Positions 1 through 12,569 of a stretch of 64,000 bases of DNA are shown piece by piece. The notes beneath the pieces are model-generated. The model saw only the letters and a program-made list of their open reading frames with translations. It was not told where the DNA came from and ran no database searches. How positions within the stretch are numbered: position 1 is the first letter of the stretch; each line of letters opens with the position of its first letter. The stretch is from Podarcis cretensis. Its lineage: Eukaryota. A program made the position numbers and the translations under genes. The DNA lies in the NCBI GenBank assembly GCA_951804945.1, contig OX638154.1:52514001-52578000 (forward strand), read 5' to 3'.

Positions 1-1329
1 TAGGAATGAACCTTATGGGCAGGTGCTCTCTTCTTCCCTCACATTGCTTTGATTAATAGAACTTCCTGATTTGTCAAACATTTTGCTGCACACTGTGGTT
101 TGAACAATCTCTCAGGTAATTCTTTATCTTCCAAACTATAGTTTGTAGGACTGTAGAACAAAATATCTGGATGCATTTTATTTCTCTTGGAATCCTGGAG
201 GACCTCTGATTATTACATGGGATTTGGCCCTCTCAAGAGAGGTTTCATAGGGATTGGCCAGAGCTGTTATGAGGAACTGAAGACCAAAGAGCCAACTATG
301 GCTCTTCTGGATGAAAAATAGAGTATGGAGCAACCGTCCTCCACTATCTGAGGCCTCTTAAAGAAGGATTTGTGGTGGGTCCTATATCAAGAAAAGCTGT
401 TAAAAGCACAGGAACTGTGCCAGATTGGGTGCGGGGGGAGTCCTCTTGTAGAAAAGGCTTTGTTTTAAAGCAGCTTAATTAAAATTATGCGTAAGGGTTA
501 CAACAGATAAAGTTATATGTTCAAGAGGTAATATAATTTGGCAGAATAAGGGCAAGATCTCGTATTTTAACAGCACTCAAGTCAGTGGGAGGGTGAAAAG
601 CAGGGAAAGAGATGGAATAACTTGAAAGAGCTTTGTATGCTCTTTGGCAGTTTTGGTCCTATGCTGGGAAATTGGGATGGGATTTAGGAAGCACGGGAAA
701 TTGCAACCGATGGCTGCCATTGCCTCAGGCCAGGGTGGTCTGCCATAGGTCCCCCACCAAATTTAGTACTATCCCATGGAGAATTAAACTTAGAGCTCTT
801 CAAGAGCTTCAGCATCAGCCAGAATGGATTACACAACCGTCTTGTTTCTGAAAACAATTTCTGTATGCCAGCACAATCACTTTGGCTGAGTACAAATATT
901 GTGATGATGTCTGTAATACCCATAAGGAGAAATATTATATTATGCTATGTTCTGTTTAACAAGTTAATAATGTGTCGGACCAAATCCTTAAGTTCCTAAC
1001 TTTGCCAGTGGGACTAATTAACCATCTTGGAGGGAATACTAATATTCACAGTGAACATTTTTATATTCTTGTTGTTTCTTGCAACCATGCCTTTAACTGC
1101 AATGCGTTTGGCTTAGAGACATTACTTTGAAGATATTTATTGCCTATTTTCTCTCCTCAGTTTTTCTGCTGCTTTAATTTCCAACAAGATATTATGAGAA
1201 GTGACATCAGTAATAACTGTCACAGAGTAAAGGTGTTTTCTATGTGTTGATGTTAGAAAGAAGATGCAATCCCACAGATCTGTCCAATACCCCTGAGAAT
1301 GGCTGTAGCATGAAAAATGGAAAAGTCCA

Positions 1330-1420
1330 TATTAGGCCAATACCTTAATTAGACTGATCAAAATATTGCAAAATAATGTGCAAGCCTTTGAGTTCTCCAT
1401 AACGTCATCAGGTTAGATTG
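1330..1420 (-). mobile_element. Penelope-like element terminal fragment with a degenerate hammerhead motif
   Basis: Minus strand reads cCTGATGAcgttatggagaactcAAAGgcttgcac, resembling the CTGATGA-stem-GAAA-gcttgca motif of squamate Penelope repeats. Confidence 0.5.
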
Positions 1421-3240
1421 TAAATGGAGAGAGGGGAGAACTGATTTATTTTATGTTCTTCTTGTTATTATTCTGAAATGGCGGTCAATATGAAATATTC
1501 AGCAAAGTGAAATACACCTTAAATGGGTAACAAAGACAATCAGGATGAGGATGATAGTTTTAGAGTAACTAAGTAGGTTCCACTAAATCCATAGTTCATC
1601 TCATATGAGTTGCTGTAGGTAAACGCGTAAAAAAGGAAAAATGGGTCAGGTTGCTCGGAGCCTGAAGGTTGCGAGTGAGAGCAATGCCATATGTACACCA
1701 CTCCCTGGTTCCATATTCAATCATGAAAAGAGATTATAATATTTTCTACATCCATAATTATGCACTGAAAGATCAACATCTACCATTCTTTAACCACACT
1801 GAATCTGAGTACAAAAGGGTGATGGAAGTGCATTGAGGAGTAACTAATCCAAGTTTTTACTTAGACTTAACAAGGGCAGATATTAGATTTTTCTCTCTAG
1901 AACTCATGCATTTGGTAAAAAGGCTGCTTTGTGACTCTGAGGCTTCAATCCTATGCTCCACTGAACACAGAGGGACTTACTTCCAAGTAAGCGTCCAAAG
2001 GATCAGGCTGCAAAAATATTGTCCTGTCCAAGGAAAATGTCTAAACAGATTTTATAACTGAGAATGTGTTTTTTGTTTCTTTTATTTTCAGATATGCCTG
2101 ACTTTTCCTTTCTCTGCTGAATAAACTTTATTTTATTTTTAATCAGTACTATTTCTATGTAATCTAATGGTTTCAGCCTAGATACCTATAAGCCTCAGCA
2201 CACCTTTTTTTCCTTGTTACCTGAATAATACTGTATGTAGAAGGGCTATTGTGAGACTGGAAATCTTCTTTGAATAATCAAGAAAAGATGCATGGACTTC
2301 ACATCAGTTCAGCTCCTTTTTAAAACTAGATGTAGCAGTCATAACAAACAAAAGTGTATCCCATAAGAGCCACCTTCTCATTTTCCCATCCTGAGTTACA
2401 TTCTCAAAATCACAACAGGGAATAGTTAGATAGATTTAAATATGTGGTAAAAATATGGCATCTATTTTGTGTCAGAATTGAAACTGGCTAGGCTAATTCT
2501 GTACTAAGTCAACCTCAGTCAGGTTATGTTAAGTTTACCAGCTCATCTAAAAGAGCTCTTTAGTCTATGAAGGGATTCCAGAGATATAATAACATCAAGG
2601 TATGCCTAACAATATCATACACAAAATAGCTGTATTGCTTATTTTTGTCATATGTGGATTATGTTGCCTTTACATTTTTACTCCACGGCTAAAGGCTTCT
2701 CAAGAGCACCCTTCTTGTGCAACACAAAGCATAATTGTTGGCCAGCCAGAAGCATGATTATCTCAAATCATAGATATGGGGAGATTTGGTTGGGACCTTC
2801 CCCAGGGCTAATTAATTTATCTTGTAAAGTTTGGTTCAAAACTAGAAGGCCCTCCTCTTGGAGATCTTGGGAAGCAGAAAAAAAGCAAAATACAAAATTG
2901 GACCAAGTTACCTAAGTGACTGCCTCACCCCATATATTTTGTAAACTAGTCTGAGGTTGTTTTTGTTTTCTTTCTAGAATCAAGCAGTATATAAATTTTA
3001 TGAAATAAATAAATCTGTGTAATAAATGTGTCCCTGCTTGGCAACTTATCAGATGAGAAGAGTACAACATGCCCCAGAGATGCACTTAGTTTGTACTTGA
3101 AACTGAGCTTTTTAGTGTTGCAGCTCCACCACCCTGGAATCAATTCTCAGCTAAAATTAGACAGACACCCAGTATCATTATATTTAGGCACCTACTGATT
3201 ATTATTTTTAAATAAGGCTTTCATTGTGGTGTGACAGAGT

Positions 3241-3430
3241 CATAAGAACATAAGGAGAGCTTGCTAGATCTGACCAATGACTCATCTAGTTCAGCATCCT
3301 GTTCTCACAGTGGTCAACCAGATGCCTTTGCAAAGACCAAAAGAGGGATCTGAGAGCCGCAACTCTATCCCCACTTGTGATTCCTAGCAACTGGCATTCA
3401 GATGCATACAGCTTCCGTCAGAGGAGGACA
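3241..3430 (-). mobile_element. CR1-type 3' UTR fragment
   Basis: cataagaacataag...catctagttcagcatcctgttctcacagtgg...ccagatgcc is the reverse of the tail seen at ~13250-13440; a related piece lies at ~23488-23545. Confidence 0.7.
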
Positions 3431-4339
3431 GTCATTTATGAAATATTAATTGTACGTCTGTTTTTATTGTTTGTATAAAGGCCTTAAATTTGCTATTACA
3501 ATTTTGCTCTCAACATTTCAAGAAACAGGGCTTGAAGAAGTCACATGGTTAACACCCTGAGTAGACCAGCCATTGTCCTAACAAGGGAGGTGTCTCCATA
3601 TATGGTTTATTCAATGTTACTGGTTCTGCACGGAGAGGGAAGGATAGGGAGGGAGGTAGCAGGGAATGACAATATGAATAAATTGCTCCATTATTTCAGG
3701 GATGGCCAACCAGGGGATAGTGGATTAGAGGGGTTTTATCTAGCCTTGGTGGACCTCACCATCTTGAATCAATATGTGGCAAATTTTAGCCAAAATATTA
3801 AATCTTAACCAAAGCTGCTCTCAAAAGCAGTGGAAAATGAATAATGTGATTGGAGAGTTACACACTTTAATGTTATATTTATTTTTGTGCCTGAGCACAT
3901 GTGTTCCACAACTGAAAAGTACCAATTGTGGTGCTGATTTTATGGTAGAGCCTGATCAGCCTTGAAGGAATCTGATTCTTCAGCAAAATTACCTTCTAGC
4001 CTCTACACTATGGCCCAGGGCCAGGGACAGTGTGGCCCCTATCAACGCAGATTGGCCATGCATTCATTTGCCAATGTACTTTTCTATACTTCAACTTCTC
4101 ATTTTCTGACTAACCATATCTCCTGCTGTTGAGTTGGTAGGAAGGTGATAGTCCTTGCAATCCTTCTAAAGTGAGATCTGTGATCTGGAGCGGGGGGGGG
4201 GGGGGGGAATGAAAGAGACTACTGTTTCAGTCCCTTGGAAGTTCCTCACAGAAAAAGCAAAACTCTGTCCTTTAGAACTGAGCTGTATCCATTCATCGTA
4301 TCATCTGGAGGTTGCCTTCTGATGTGGCTCAGGTGGAAA

Positions 4340-4815
4340 CTGGCCGGGGCAGGAGGAACACTTTTTGCTAACGATAGCCTGACCACTGTTGTCAGTGTGC
4401 TGATAACCTCTGGGTTGGATTACTGTAATATTATTGAGGTTAGTCTGGAAGCTGTAGTTGTGTGGTGCCTTGACGGCTTGCTGGGACAGAATATCACCAA
4501 CATGTTACCCCGCTGTTGGAAGAATTCCACTGGCTGCTAAATAGCTGTACGGCTTGTTTTGATGCATAAAGTCCTATACAGTTTGGGACTAGGATACCTG
4601 AAAGATCATCTCACCCCTTATATATCCAGCCAATCACTGCACTCTGTAAGTGATGGCCTCCTGCTTATACTGTACCATATTAACAGAAGGTCCATTCTGC
4701 ATAATAAAGGAACTGAGCCTTTAGTATTGTGGCACACACCCTTTGGAATTCCCACCCCTTAAATATTAGGTGCATTCTCTGTTGTATTGTGCCTATGAAA
4801 GACTTATCTCTTTCA
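4340..4815 (+). mobile_element. Degenerate L2 LINE 3' region
   Basis: Encodes LITSGLDYCN and HKVLYSLGLGYLKDHLTPY, typical of the L2 ORF2 C-terminus, with frameshifts. Confidence 0.75.
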
Positions 4816-4816
4816 A

Positions 4817-4819
<3 letters not shown>

Positions 4820-4863
<44 letters not shown>
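4820..4863. repeat. (GT)n microsatellite
   Basis: About 22 GT units. Confidence 0.98.
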
Positions 4864-4867
<4 letters not shown>

Positions 4868-4879
4868 CTGGATGCCATT

Positions 4880-5140
4880 CATTAATTTATTCGTTCATTC
4901 ATTCATTTTCTATACCACCCTTCAACCGAGGATCATAGGACAGTTTACAATATAAAAGCACAAAGATACACAATGTAACAAAAGCAATACCCCCTCCCCC
5001 GCCCTAGTTTAAAAGACCAGATTGTTTAATTAGCTAAAGGCCTGGGAGAAGAGGAATGTTTTTGCCTGGTACCTACAGATATGTAGCAAAGGTGCCAGGT
5101 GAGACTCCCTGGGGAAAGCATTCCACAATCAGAGAGCCAC
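4880..5140 (-). mobile_element. L2 LINE 3' end fragment
   Basis: aaggcctgggagaagaggaatgtttttgcctgg...ggaaagcattccaca is the reverse of an L2 'LWNAFP' tail, with a (TTCA)n terminus. Confidence 0.6.
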
Positions 5141-5803
5141 ATTTGGGACAATCCCAGCAGAGATTTTAAGTCACAAAATATGCAACAAAGTAAAACATGA
5201 GAAATATAGACTTTTAGACCTTTAAAATAGATACTTTATAGTGATTTCTAAAATATCCCTTTTTAAAGTTTCTTTCCAAAGTTTCCTTCTTCCCTCAGCA
5301 TAGGAAAAGACCATGTTTTGTAAGTTAAAAAATGGTTTACTTACAAACTCTACAAAGGTCAGATTCATGTTATTCAGAAATAGTTGCACATGCAGTAAAA
5401 CATAGCTTACTTACAAAGTGTTGAAAGTTTCTAAATTATTGGTATAGAAACTCAAGGGAGAGAGAGCGCTGTGTGAACTGAGCTGGAACAACTGGCTCAA
5501 ACTTCTTCACACACTGAGTTTCGCAGTTAGACTGGGGAGAAAGAAAGGTTTGATTACCTAGTTCCTCCTAAGGTGAGGAGAAGTGGACATAGCCAAGTCT
5601 GGCAGGTCAGCTTACTGTATGATATTAACCGCTTCATGCATTAATTAGACTTCAGCACATTGGTTATATGAGGATGGTTATCCCACACCTTTTAGGTAGA
5701 GAATTTTCCCAGTCTCTACTTCAATTGGAATTGTTTGTAAGATGCATTTATTGTGTTATTACTTGTTTACTACCCTAGGCTCCTTTGGGATGAATATATA
5801 TGT

Positions 5804-5829
5804 AACAACAACAACAACAACAACAACAA
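5804..5829. repeat. (AAC)n microsatellite
   Basis: Direct observation; explains the poly-N and poly-T ORFs in the track. Confidence 0.95.
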
Positions 5830-7006
5830 TAATATCATCACCATTTGTACTGTTGAAAAAGCAGACAGGTCTTCCTTTTGCATTGTGCAGCATTGCTGGA
5901 TGCCTGCCATTCAGGGATGTTCCCTGGATCTCAAACAATCATTACTGTTGTGACCTGCAACTGAACTAAGAGACAGATGTCCCTGACTGAGTAGGCCAGT
6001 GTAGTAATGTGCTACCTTATCCCTCATGCCACCAACTTGGGTCTATTTAATTTTCTCTTTGATTTTAATACAGATTTATTGAAAGTTTCAGTTATCAAAA
6101 CAAACTGCAGTGGCAAATTGGTGTTCGTCTGCAGCCCTACAAGCACCTATAAACCTGCCATGGCATGAAATAAATGGCACTATATTGGAGGTCAGTTATT
6201 GCAATAGTAATCCTCCTGGGATTTCCACTGTGCAGTTTAATATTTTTCTTATTACCCTCTTTCTTCATTGCTATTTATGTCTTTCTCTTTACATTCAGAG
6301 TAACATGCTGCTGTCCACCTCAATAGGCAGAAAGTCACCTCAAATAAACCTGTGAACGATGCACAGCCAGAAATCCCCAGAAAATATGTCTAAGAGAGGC
6401 CTCATGACACCAGGGACAACCTTATTAAAAAACATTCCGGCCAGGCCCACTGCTTGTTTTTCACCGATACCTCCAAAAGCTCTCTTTTCTGTTCTTTCTC
6501 TTACCAGCAGAAGTTGGTCCTTCAGGTAGCGTTGTCTCAAGTTCTGTTAGGACAGCAGGAGGGGTTAAGTAGTGCCCAGGCCGGAGGAGAGGTGCTGCAG
6601 GGGGGGAAGGGTCTGCTAGGTTGAATAGCAACATGATTTTCACAACCAAAAGACGAACAGAACCACACAGCAACAACTGGAACAACAACCACAACAGCAG
6701 CAGCAGCAGCAGGAGCTGTGCTGCAACCGGAGACAAGATTAAGGCCTAGGCAGCCTTCTCCACAGGAGACCCTCAAGGTAACACTGGAGCCGCTCTGGAT
6801 GTGCTTCCTTTCTATCACCATGATGTGAGAGGAGGGGTGGAAAGCAAAGAATTATACTTGGCTGCCATGCCAGCACAAAAAAAGCACACCCTCATGAACC
6901 TCACTCCTGCCCCCCCAACCAACCAACCACACTTGCAGTGGGCACTATTATTTCCATGTAGCTGCCTTTGGGATTTCACAGATTGCTATCCAATAGATGC
7001 TGATTA

Positions 7007-7248
7007 CAGTGGTACATCGGGTTACATACGCTTCAGGTTACATACACTTCAGGTTACATACTCCGCTAACCCAGAAATAGTGCTTCAGGTTAAGAACTTT
7101 GCTTCAGGATAAGAACAGAAAACAGGCTCTGGCGGCGCAGCAACAGCAGGAGGCCCTATTAGCTAAAGTGGTGCTTCAGGTTAAGAACAGTTTCAGGTTA
7201 AGAACAGACCTCCAGAACGAATTAAGTACTTAACCTGAGGTACCACTG
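7007..7248. mobile_element. Tc1/mariner-Tigger-like MITE
   Basis: TA TSDs at 7005-7006 and 7249-7250; TIRs cagtggtacatcgggtta / taacctgaggtaccactg; internal repeats of ttcaggtta. Confidence 0.9.
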
Positions 7249-10004
7249 TATATCAAGGAATCCCTGTGTTGCTGAGAGGCCAAACTCACCCTCTTTCCCC
7301 ATATGGCACCTCAGAAAGTCTCCCCTACCACCGCCTCCCATGAAGGAACCAAGGAACTGTGCACTCTGATTTCCGGAAAGGCCTCCATTAGGACTGTTTT
7401 CTCTGTGTCTAGTGTTTATTCTCAGGGATGCTCAGATAGGGATTGCCTTCTCTGAACACTAGGGGTCGCTCAGCAGGTCTCTTCCTGCATTTCTCACAGG
7501 CTCTGCTTCTGGGCCTAGTCACCCTTGCTGCAGGGACCTTTCCTACAGCGGGGTGGTGGTCAGACAGAAATTGAGAACTTCAAACATTTACACACGTGGA
7601 AGCTACTGCTGCAGGAAACAGGTTTGGCTCAGCCCAGGCAAACTCCTATCACGGACTGGGGAAGGAGCGACAACCCGCTCTGGGTGGCAATGGCCAGCCC
7701 AGCGCATGAACACTCTCAGGGAAGCATTAGCTGTGGGATAAACAAAGGGTTGGGGGGAGACAGGCATCTAGCAGGAGGGAGGTCCAAGGCAACAGGTATC
7801 AGCAGGGCAGAGTGGGATAAGGTGCAGACCTGGACAGATGCCGTGAGCTGAGGGAGGAGAGGAGGGCGGGCAGCAAACAGGAGGGTCATCAGTAGGGGGC
7901 AGGCCATGTGAGTCAGAGGGGCAAAGAGGCCAGGAGGGGGCTTGACAGTATATTGAGGCCCTGCTGCTTTATGTCCCAAAGTATTTCCTGGCATTACATT
8001 CCTATCCTGCAGTACCAAGGCATGCAAAGCCACTTCTCTCTCGTCTCCCCTTCAGGTGCCCTGGTCTGAGAGACTCCTGCCCACCCAGGCTGACATCCAT
8101 GGGCAGCTACCACACCAGCACCTCATTGTATTGTATGGCACATGCCACCTTTGCTGCTGTTTTCGAGAAGTGTGCCGTGTGTCCCCCCCTCCATATGACT
8201 GAGGCAGTGGAGCTGCGTTTTCAACGTTCACAATGCACACTTGATCACTATATGTGCTGAGCAGTGAGCCTGACTGTAGCATGCATTGTGCTCCGGCACA
8301 TCCATCAGATAAGGGCCTCAGCAGGCAGCCATGGACAGTGGGACGGAGAAGACAATGGTCAGTGACATCCCACATGCCTTGTCAGCCAAACCAGGGGCGG
8401 GGCGGGCAAATGCCAGTGGTAGGCAAGGCCAAAGTCAAAAAGCAGGTGGAGGAATGCTGGTGATTCCTACCTTGGAACACTAAGCTACATTCCAGCCATG
8501 CAAAAAGTCAGAGTTTTCCACATACACATCTCTCCATCAAGGCAAGCAAGAGGCATTGTCATAGAACACATGCCAGCCAGGCAAAAATGCTTGGTGTGGG
8601 GCAGGGCCAGTGAGGGGTGTGGCTTGATAAGAGGGGTTATGGCATGGGAAGAGAATGTGGGCTAGGAGAGTCCCAAAGGCCAGATAGAGATGCCTGGGGA
8701 GCTACATTCAGCCCCCAGCCAGATGTCCCCCCCCCAATAATATGTTTTTCTCCAGTTTAAAAGTCAATAACTTTTAAACTGTAACTACACTGGATTGCCC
8801 TAATTCAGGGGCTGTCCTGCATACATCATTCAGAATTACCAGCTCAGCAGTTCCCGCTTCAGACTGGAGCATCTGAGGCTTTGTTATATCATTAGGGGTT
8901 TATTCTATTGCCACAGCAGCATGTGCAGCTGTGCCTATGAGGACAGAGTCTTGGAGGAAATACACTGTTCTATGCAGCCAGATGATTCACCTTTGCACAT
9001 AAAGAAGTTTTGTTTTTACAGCTCTTGTTAAAGACATTTTCTCATCACGGCACCAGACATATTAAAGCCCACAATAAATTACACTCCCGCCCACCTAGAG
9101 CTCAAGCACACTGTTAGTTAAAGTTTCCTACCCAAACTTCATTTGCCTGCTTGTTGACACTGGGATGTTCTAATGGTTTGATGAATACTTCATTTTTCAT
9201 ATCTATATGCTATGGATTGGTTATATCTATACTGAGCACAATTTTGAGGTCAGGGTGAGAGCTAGGGTCAAGTTGGACGTATGATTTTGGCTTTGTTTGG
9301 GTTTTATGTTTGATGCACAACAAAGCAAATGATCCCTGAGATAAACTCATCCTCAGAAAACCCTCCAGAGAAAAGGTCTATGCTACAATTTTTTCAGGTC
9401 ACTTGTCAGTTGTTTATCCACTGTACACCTTCTGTTTGTTTCACAGAATCATTGCTGAAGCTGTGCATCTTTGTGATGGTGCCCTTACAGGAATGCAAGG
9501 CAAGAAGACTACACGGAATGGAAAAGGCAACAGAAGGATGCAGAGGATACTGGAAAAGTAGAGCTGAGCGACCATCATTGTGAGCCAAACTTAATTTCCC
9601 ATAGTCCCACATAAATTAGGGGTGGGAATGTTAGAAATGTCGATCCTATGTGAACCAGGTCAAATTAAATCACATTTCCAGGCTAGGGAAATTACTTTTG
9701 CCTGCAGCAAAAGAGAATGGCACACAGCACAAATTAAGGCAAAGAGCCTAGTGCCCCTGGGCTGGCTGCACTTGTATCCACTTAATGCACAACGGATGGA
9801 ATCTGTAATTAGTGCATTGCAATGGATCCATGTGGGACACTTGCTGACTGTCTGGTAGAAGGTTACTTTGGCAAGGGAACTGGAAATGGGATCTGTCACA
9901 AATCTCTTTCTAGTTAGGAACTAAGCCCACCCTGGATCCATAAAGAGGTGTGCTCTTCTATCTCTCTTGATGTCCCAGGCAGGATTGCGAAGGGTCTGTG
10001 AAAG

Positions 10005-10110
10005 ACTCCTGTTGGGAATTGTGGAGAGATGCTTTCAGCTAGTATGGACCATCCTAAACCAGCTGGATCAATGGTTTGATTCAGTATAAGGCAGCTTCCT
10101 ATATTCTTCT
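10005..10110 (+). mobile_element. Degenerate Squam3-like SINE 3' half
   Basis: tggatcaatggtttgattcagtataaggcagcttcctatattc matches the tail seen at 51758-51967. Confidence 0.65.
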
Positions 10111-10127
10111 TGTTGGGAGGCTATCAG

Positions 10128-10493
10128 CAGGGCTGACCCAATACATTTTAGCACCTGAGGCACACCACAAAATAGTGCTCCCCACCTCTGTCCAGGGAAG
10201 GAGGGGTGTGTGAAGATGTGCATCAGGAACAAGGGGGCAGAATAAAGATCTACATCAGGAACAAGGCTGGTAGGAGACCAGCAGCACCTCCCCAGAGACT
10301 GATATAGAGGCAGCATTGTGGGGGCTGCCGAGGAGGCGGCAGATCCAGCCCCCAAGGAGCATGCTGCAGCTGTCATTGCCACCACCACAGCAAAAGCAGG
10401 TGATGCATTCCTTGGAAGCTGGATCTGCTGCCCCTGTGATTCCTGCCACCTGAGGCATTTGCCTCACCTTGCCTAATGGATGGGCTGACCCTG
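10128..10493. mobile_element. hAT (Tip100-like) non-autonomous DNA transposon
   Basis: Imperfect TIRs cagggctgaccca / tgggctgaccctg; subterminal cacctgaggca repeats; degenerate 8-bp TSD gctatcag / gtagtcag. Confidence 0.7.
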
Positions 10494-11721
10494 GTAGTCA
10501 GGATCAAACCATTAGGCAGGGCTTAAAAACTAATCAGTAAGATAAAAAATCAAAGTGCACAAGAGCATGTTGGTCAGACAGAGTTCCATGGAGAGAGATA
10601 GCCCTCTTAATACTCCTTCCTCCTGAGAAAAAGCCAATGGCCAGCTTTGGCATAGTAATTCAGGAAAATTATTGCCTGAGAAGGTGTAGTGATAGTGCTC
10701 ACCACATTACGACTGTCACTTTACTCAGAAGCCATAGTGTTGCAATTTGCAACATAGGACAATTGTCAGCATTTCCTGACATGCCTACCACCAATAAATG
10801 TTTAGGGTGATCTTCAGTGGCATACCAAGAGTCAATTGTCAGTTTACTATAAATTGACATGGCTGAAAGTCACATGGACAGAATTTCCCCATGGTTAGAT
10901 AAACATAATCTATTGAGAATTAATGTGTTTTGTATAGTTCGGTGCATCCACAAGTTTCTTTCCCCCATGGCTGCCACAGATTATTGTCAGAATCAGCATT
11001 GAGAGTACTTGGAGATTTGTATGAGCTCATTAATGTTAACTTAGTGCTTTTGCATAATCTAGCACAGATCAGATGCTTTAGCCTTCACTGGGTTGTTGTT
11101 CCCATATGTTAAAAAATGACAAGTCATACTCACTCTCCAAAACAAATCACAATAATTCCTTTATTGAAGCATTTCTTTGTTCTCCTTGAAATGTTCCCAT
11201 GATGCCTATATAGAAATGGACAAAGACTGGGTGGCAGGTCAAAAGGGATCACTGATCACTTGTATTGCTCCACTCTTTCCTGAGATTAACTGTAATTTTT
11301 TTTACCATTTGCTTTTCTTCTCCTGTATTTAGGCTTTGAGAAGCGCTATATTTCATACTCTGTAGGTTGTCTGATGCAATCATCCCCAGGTCTGTGGCTG
11401 GGATTCCTGAAGGATTATAGCTTTGCTTAAAAGTAATATTTTTATTTCCTTTGTGCTTTTCAAGCCCATAGAGTTACATCATAGTTGGGTTTCGAACAAT
11501 TCTCTACCATATAGAAGAGTAAACATGAACTTGTTCCTCTTAAGGCTGTGCTTCTCAAATGTTTTGAACTTGGCCCCCTTTCTAAAACTACTGCACATTC
11601 TGCCAGCACCAACCATCTGCTGAGCGCACAGATATCCTTGCATGCATCTGAGTGCATGTATTCTGCTGCAGTGCATGGAGATCTATGTATCAAGAAGGAA
11701 GGATATTAAATATTACTTCTG

Positions 11722-12313
11722 TTACTCAGTTGGTAGAGCATAAGACTCTTAATCTCAGGGTTGTGGGTTCAAGCCCCACGTTGGGCAAAAGATTCCTGCA
11801 TTGCAGGGGTTTGGACTATATGATCCTCATATTGTTGTTGTTTAGTCGTTTAGTCATGTCCGACTCTTCGTGAACCCATGGACCAGAGCACGCCAGGCAC
11901 TCCTGTCTTCCAGTGCCTCCCACAGTTTGGTCAAACTCATGCTGGTAGCTTCCACAACACTGTCCAACCATCTCATCCTCTGTCATCCCCTTCTCCTTGT
12001 GCCCTCAATCTTTCCCAACATCAGGGTCTTTTCCAGGGAGTCTTATCTTCTCATGAGGTGGCCAAAGTATTGGAGCCTCAGCTTCAGGATCTGTCCTTCC
12101 AGTGAGCACTCAGGGCTGATTTCCTTAAGAATAGATAGGTTTGATCTTCTTGCAGTCCATGGGACTCTCAAGAGTCTCCTCCAGCACCATAATTCAAAAG
12201 CATCAATTCTTCGGCGATCAGCCTTCCTTGTGGTCCAGCTCTCACTTCCATACATCACTACTGGGAAAACCATAGCTTTAGGCCTCTTCCAACTCTACAA
12301 TGCTGTGAATCTA
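11722..12313 (+). mobile_element. tRNA-Lys(CTT)-derived SINE with a CR1-like tail (lacertid POM/P.s.1-type), split by a BovB insertion; pieces 11722-11830 and 12281-12313
   Basis: Head tcagttggtagagcataagactcttaatctcagggttgtgggttcaagccccacgttgggc follows tRNA-Lys; tail ttcctgcattgcagggg...|ggcctcttccaactctac matches the CR1 3' end at 24797-24865. Confidence 0.88.
11831..12279 (-). mobile_element. RTE-BovB LINE, 5'-truncated 3' end
   Basis: ORF 12043-12273(-) MVFPVVMYGSESWT...RRIDAFELWCWRRLLRVPWTARRSN...LQYFGHLMRR is the BovB RT C-terminus; (CAA)n tail at ~11832-11842. Confidence 0.95.
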
Positions 12314-12569
12314 TTACCCTTTGCCTGCTCCATCTAGACAGACAGATGACAGAGGTGTAATTTAGGGAGTCCAGGAAATTTAATTTCCCACCTGTATTTC
12401 AGGCTACATATGTTTATTATGTACTCAGAAGTTCTTATATCTCTGGCCCATTTACTCGTTCCACACTTGGACAAGACATGATTGCATCTGATTAAATGGA
12501 TCTAGGTGCTAGATTTGTATGTTTGTATTGCAAAGAGCTCCAAACTGGCTGTGAAGTGCTCCAAAATAA

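Noticed and set aside
1-520. L1 ORF2 3' remnant (also ~15100-15500 on the minus strand)
   Set aside because: Only a vague resemblance; too decayed to call without a profile search.
6461-6821. Poly-Leu / poly-Ala-Val ORFs resembling a signal peptide
   Set aside because: Produced by the CAG/CAA microsatellite; no exon structure.
7020-7210. CRISPR-like spaced repeats
   Set aside because: Vertebrate DNA; the repeats are irregular internal motifs of a TA-flanked MITE.
11722-11786. Functional tRNA-Lys(CTT) gene
   Set aside because: The 5' acceptor strand is missing, it shows CpG-type mutations, has no poly-T terminator and runs straight into a SINE tail.
11870-12337. 155-aa plus-strand ORF
   Set aside because: Antisense frame of the BovB fragment.
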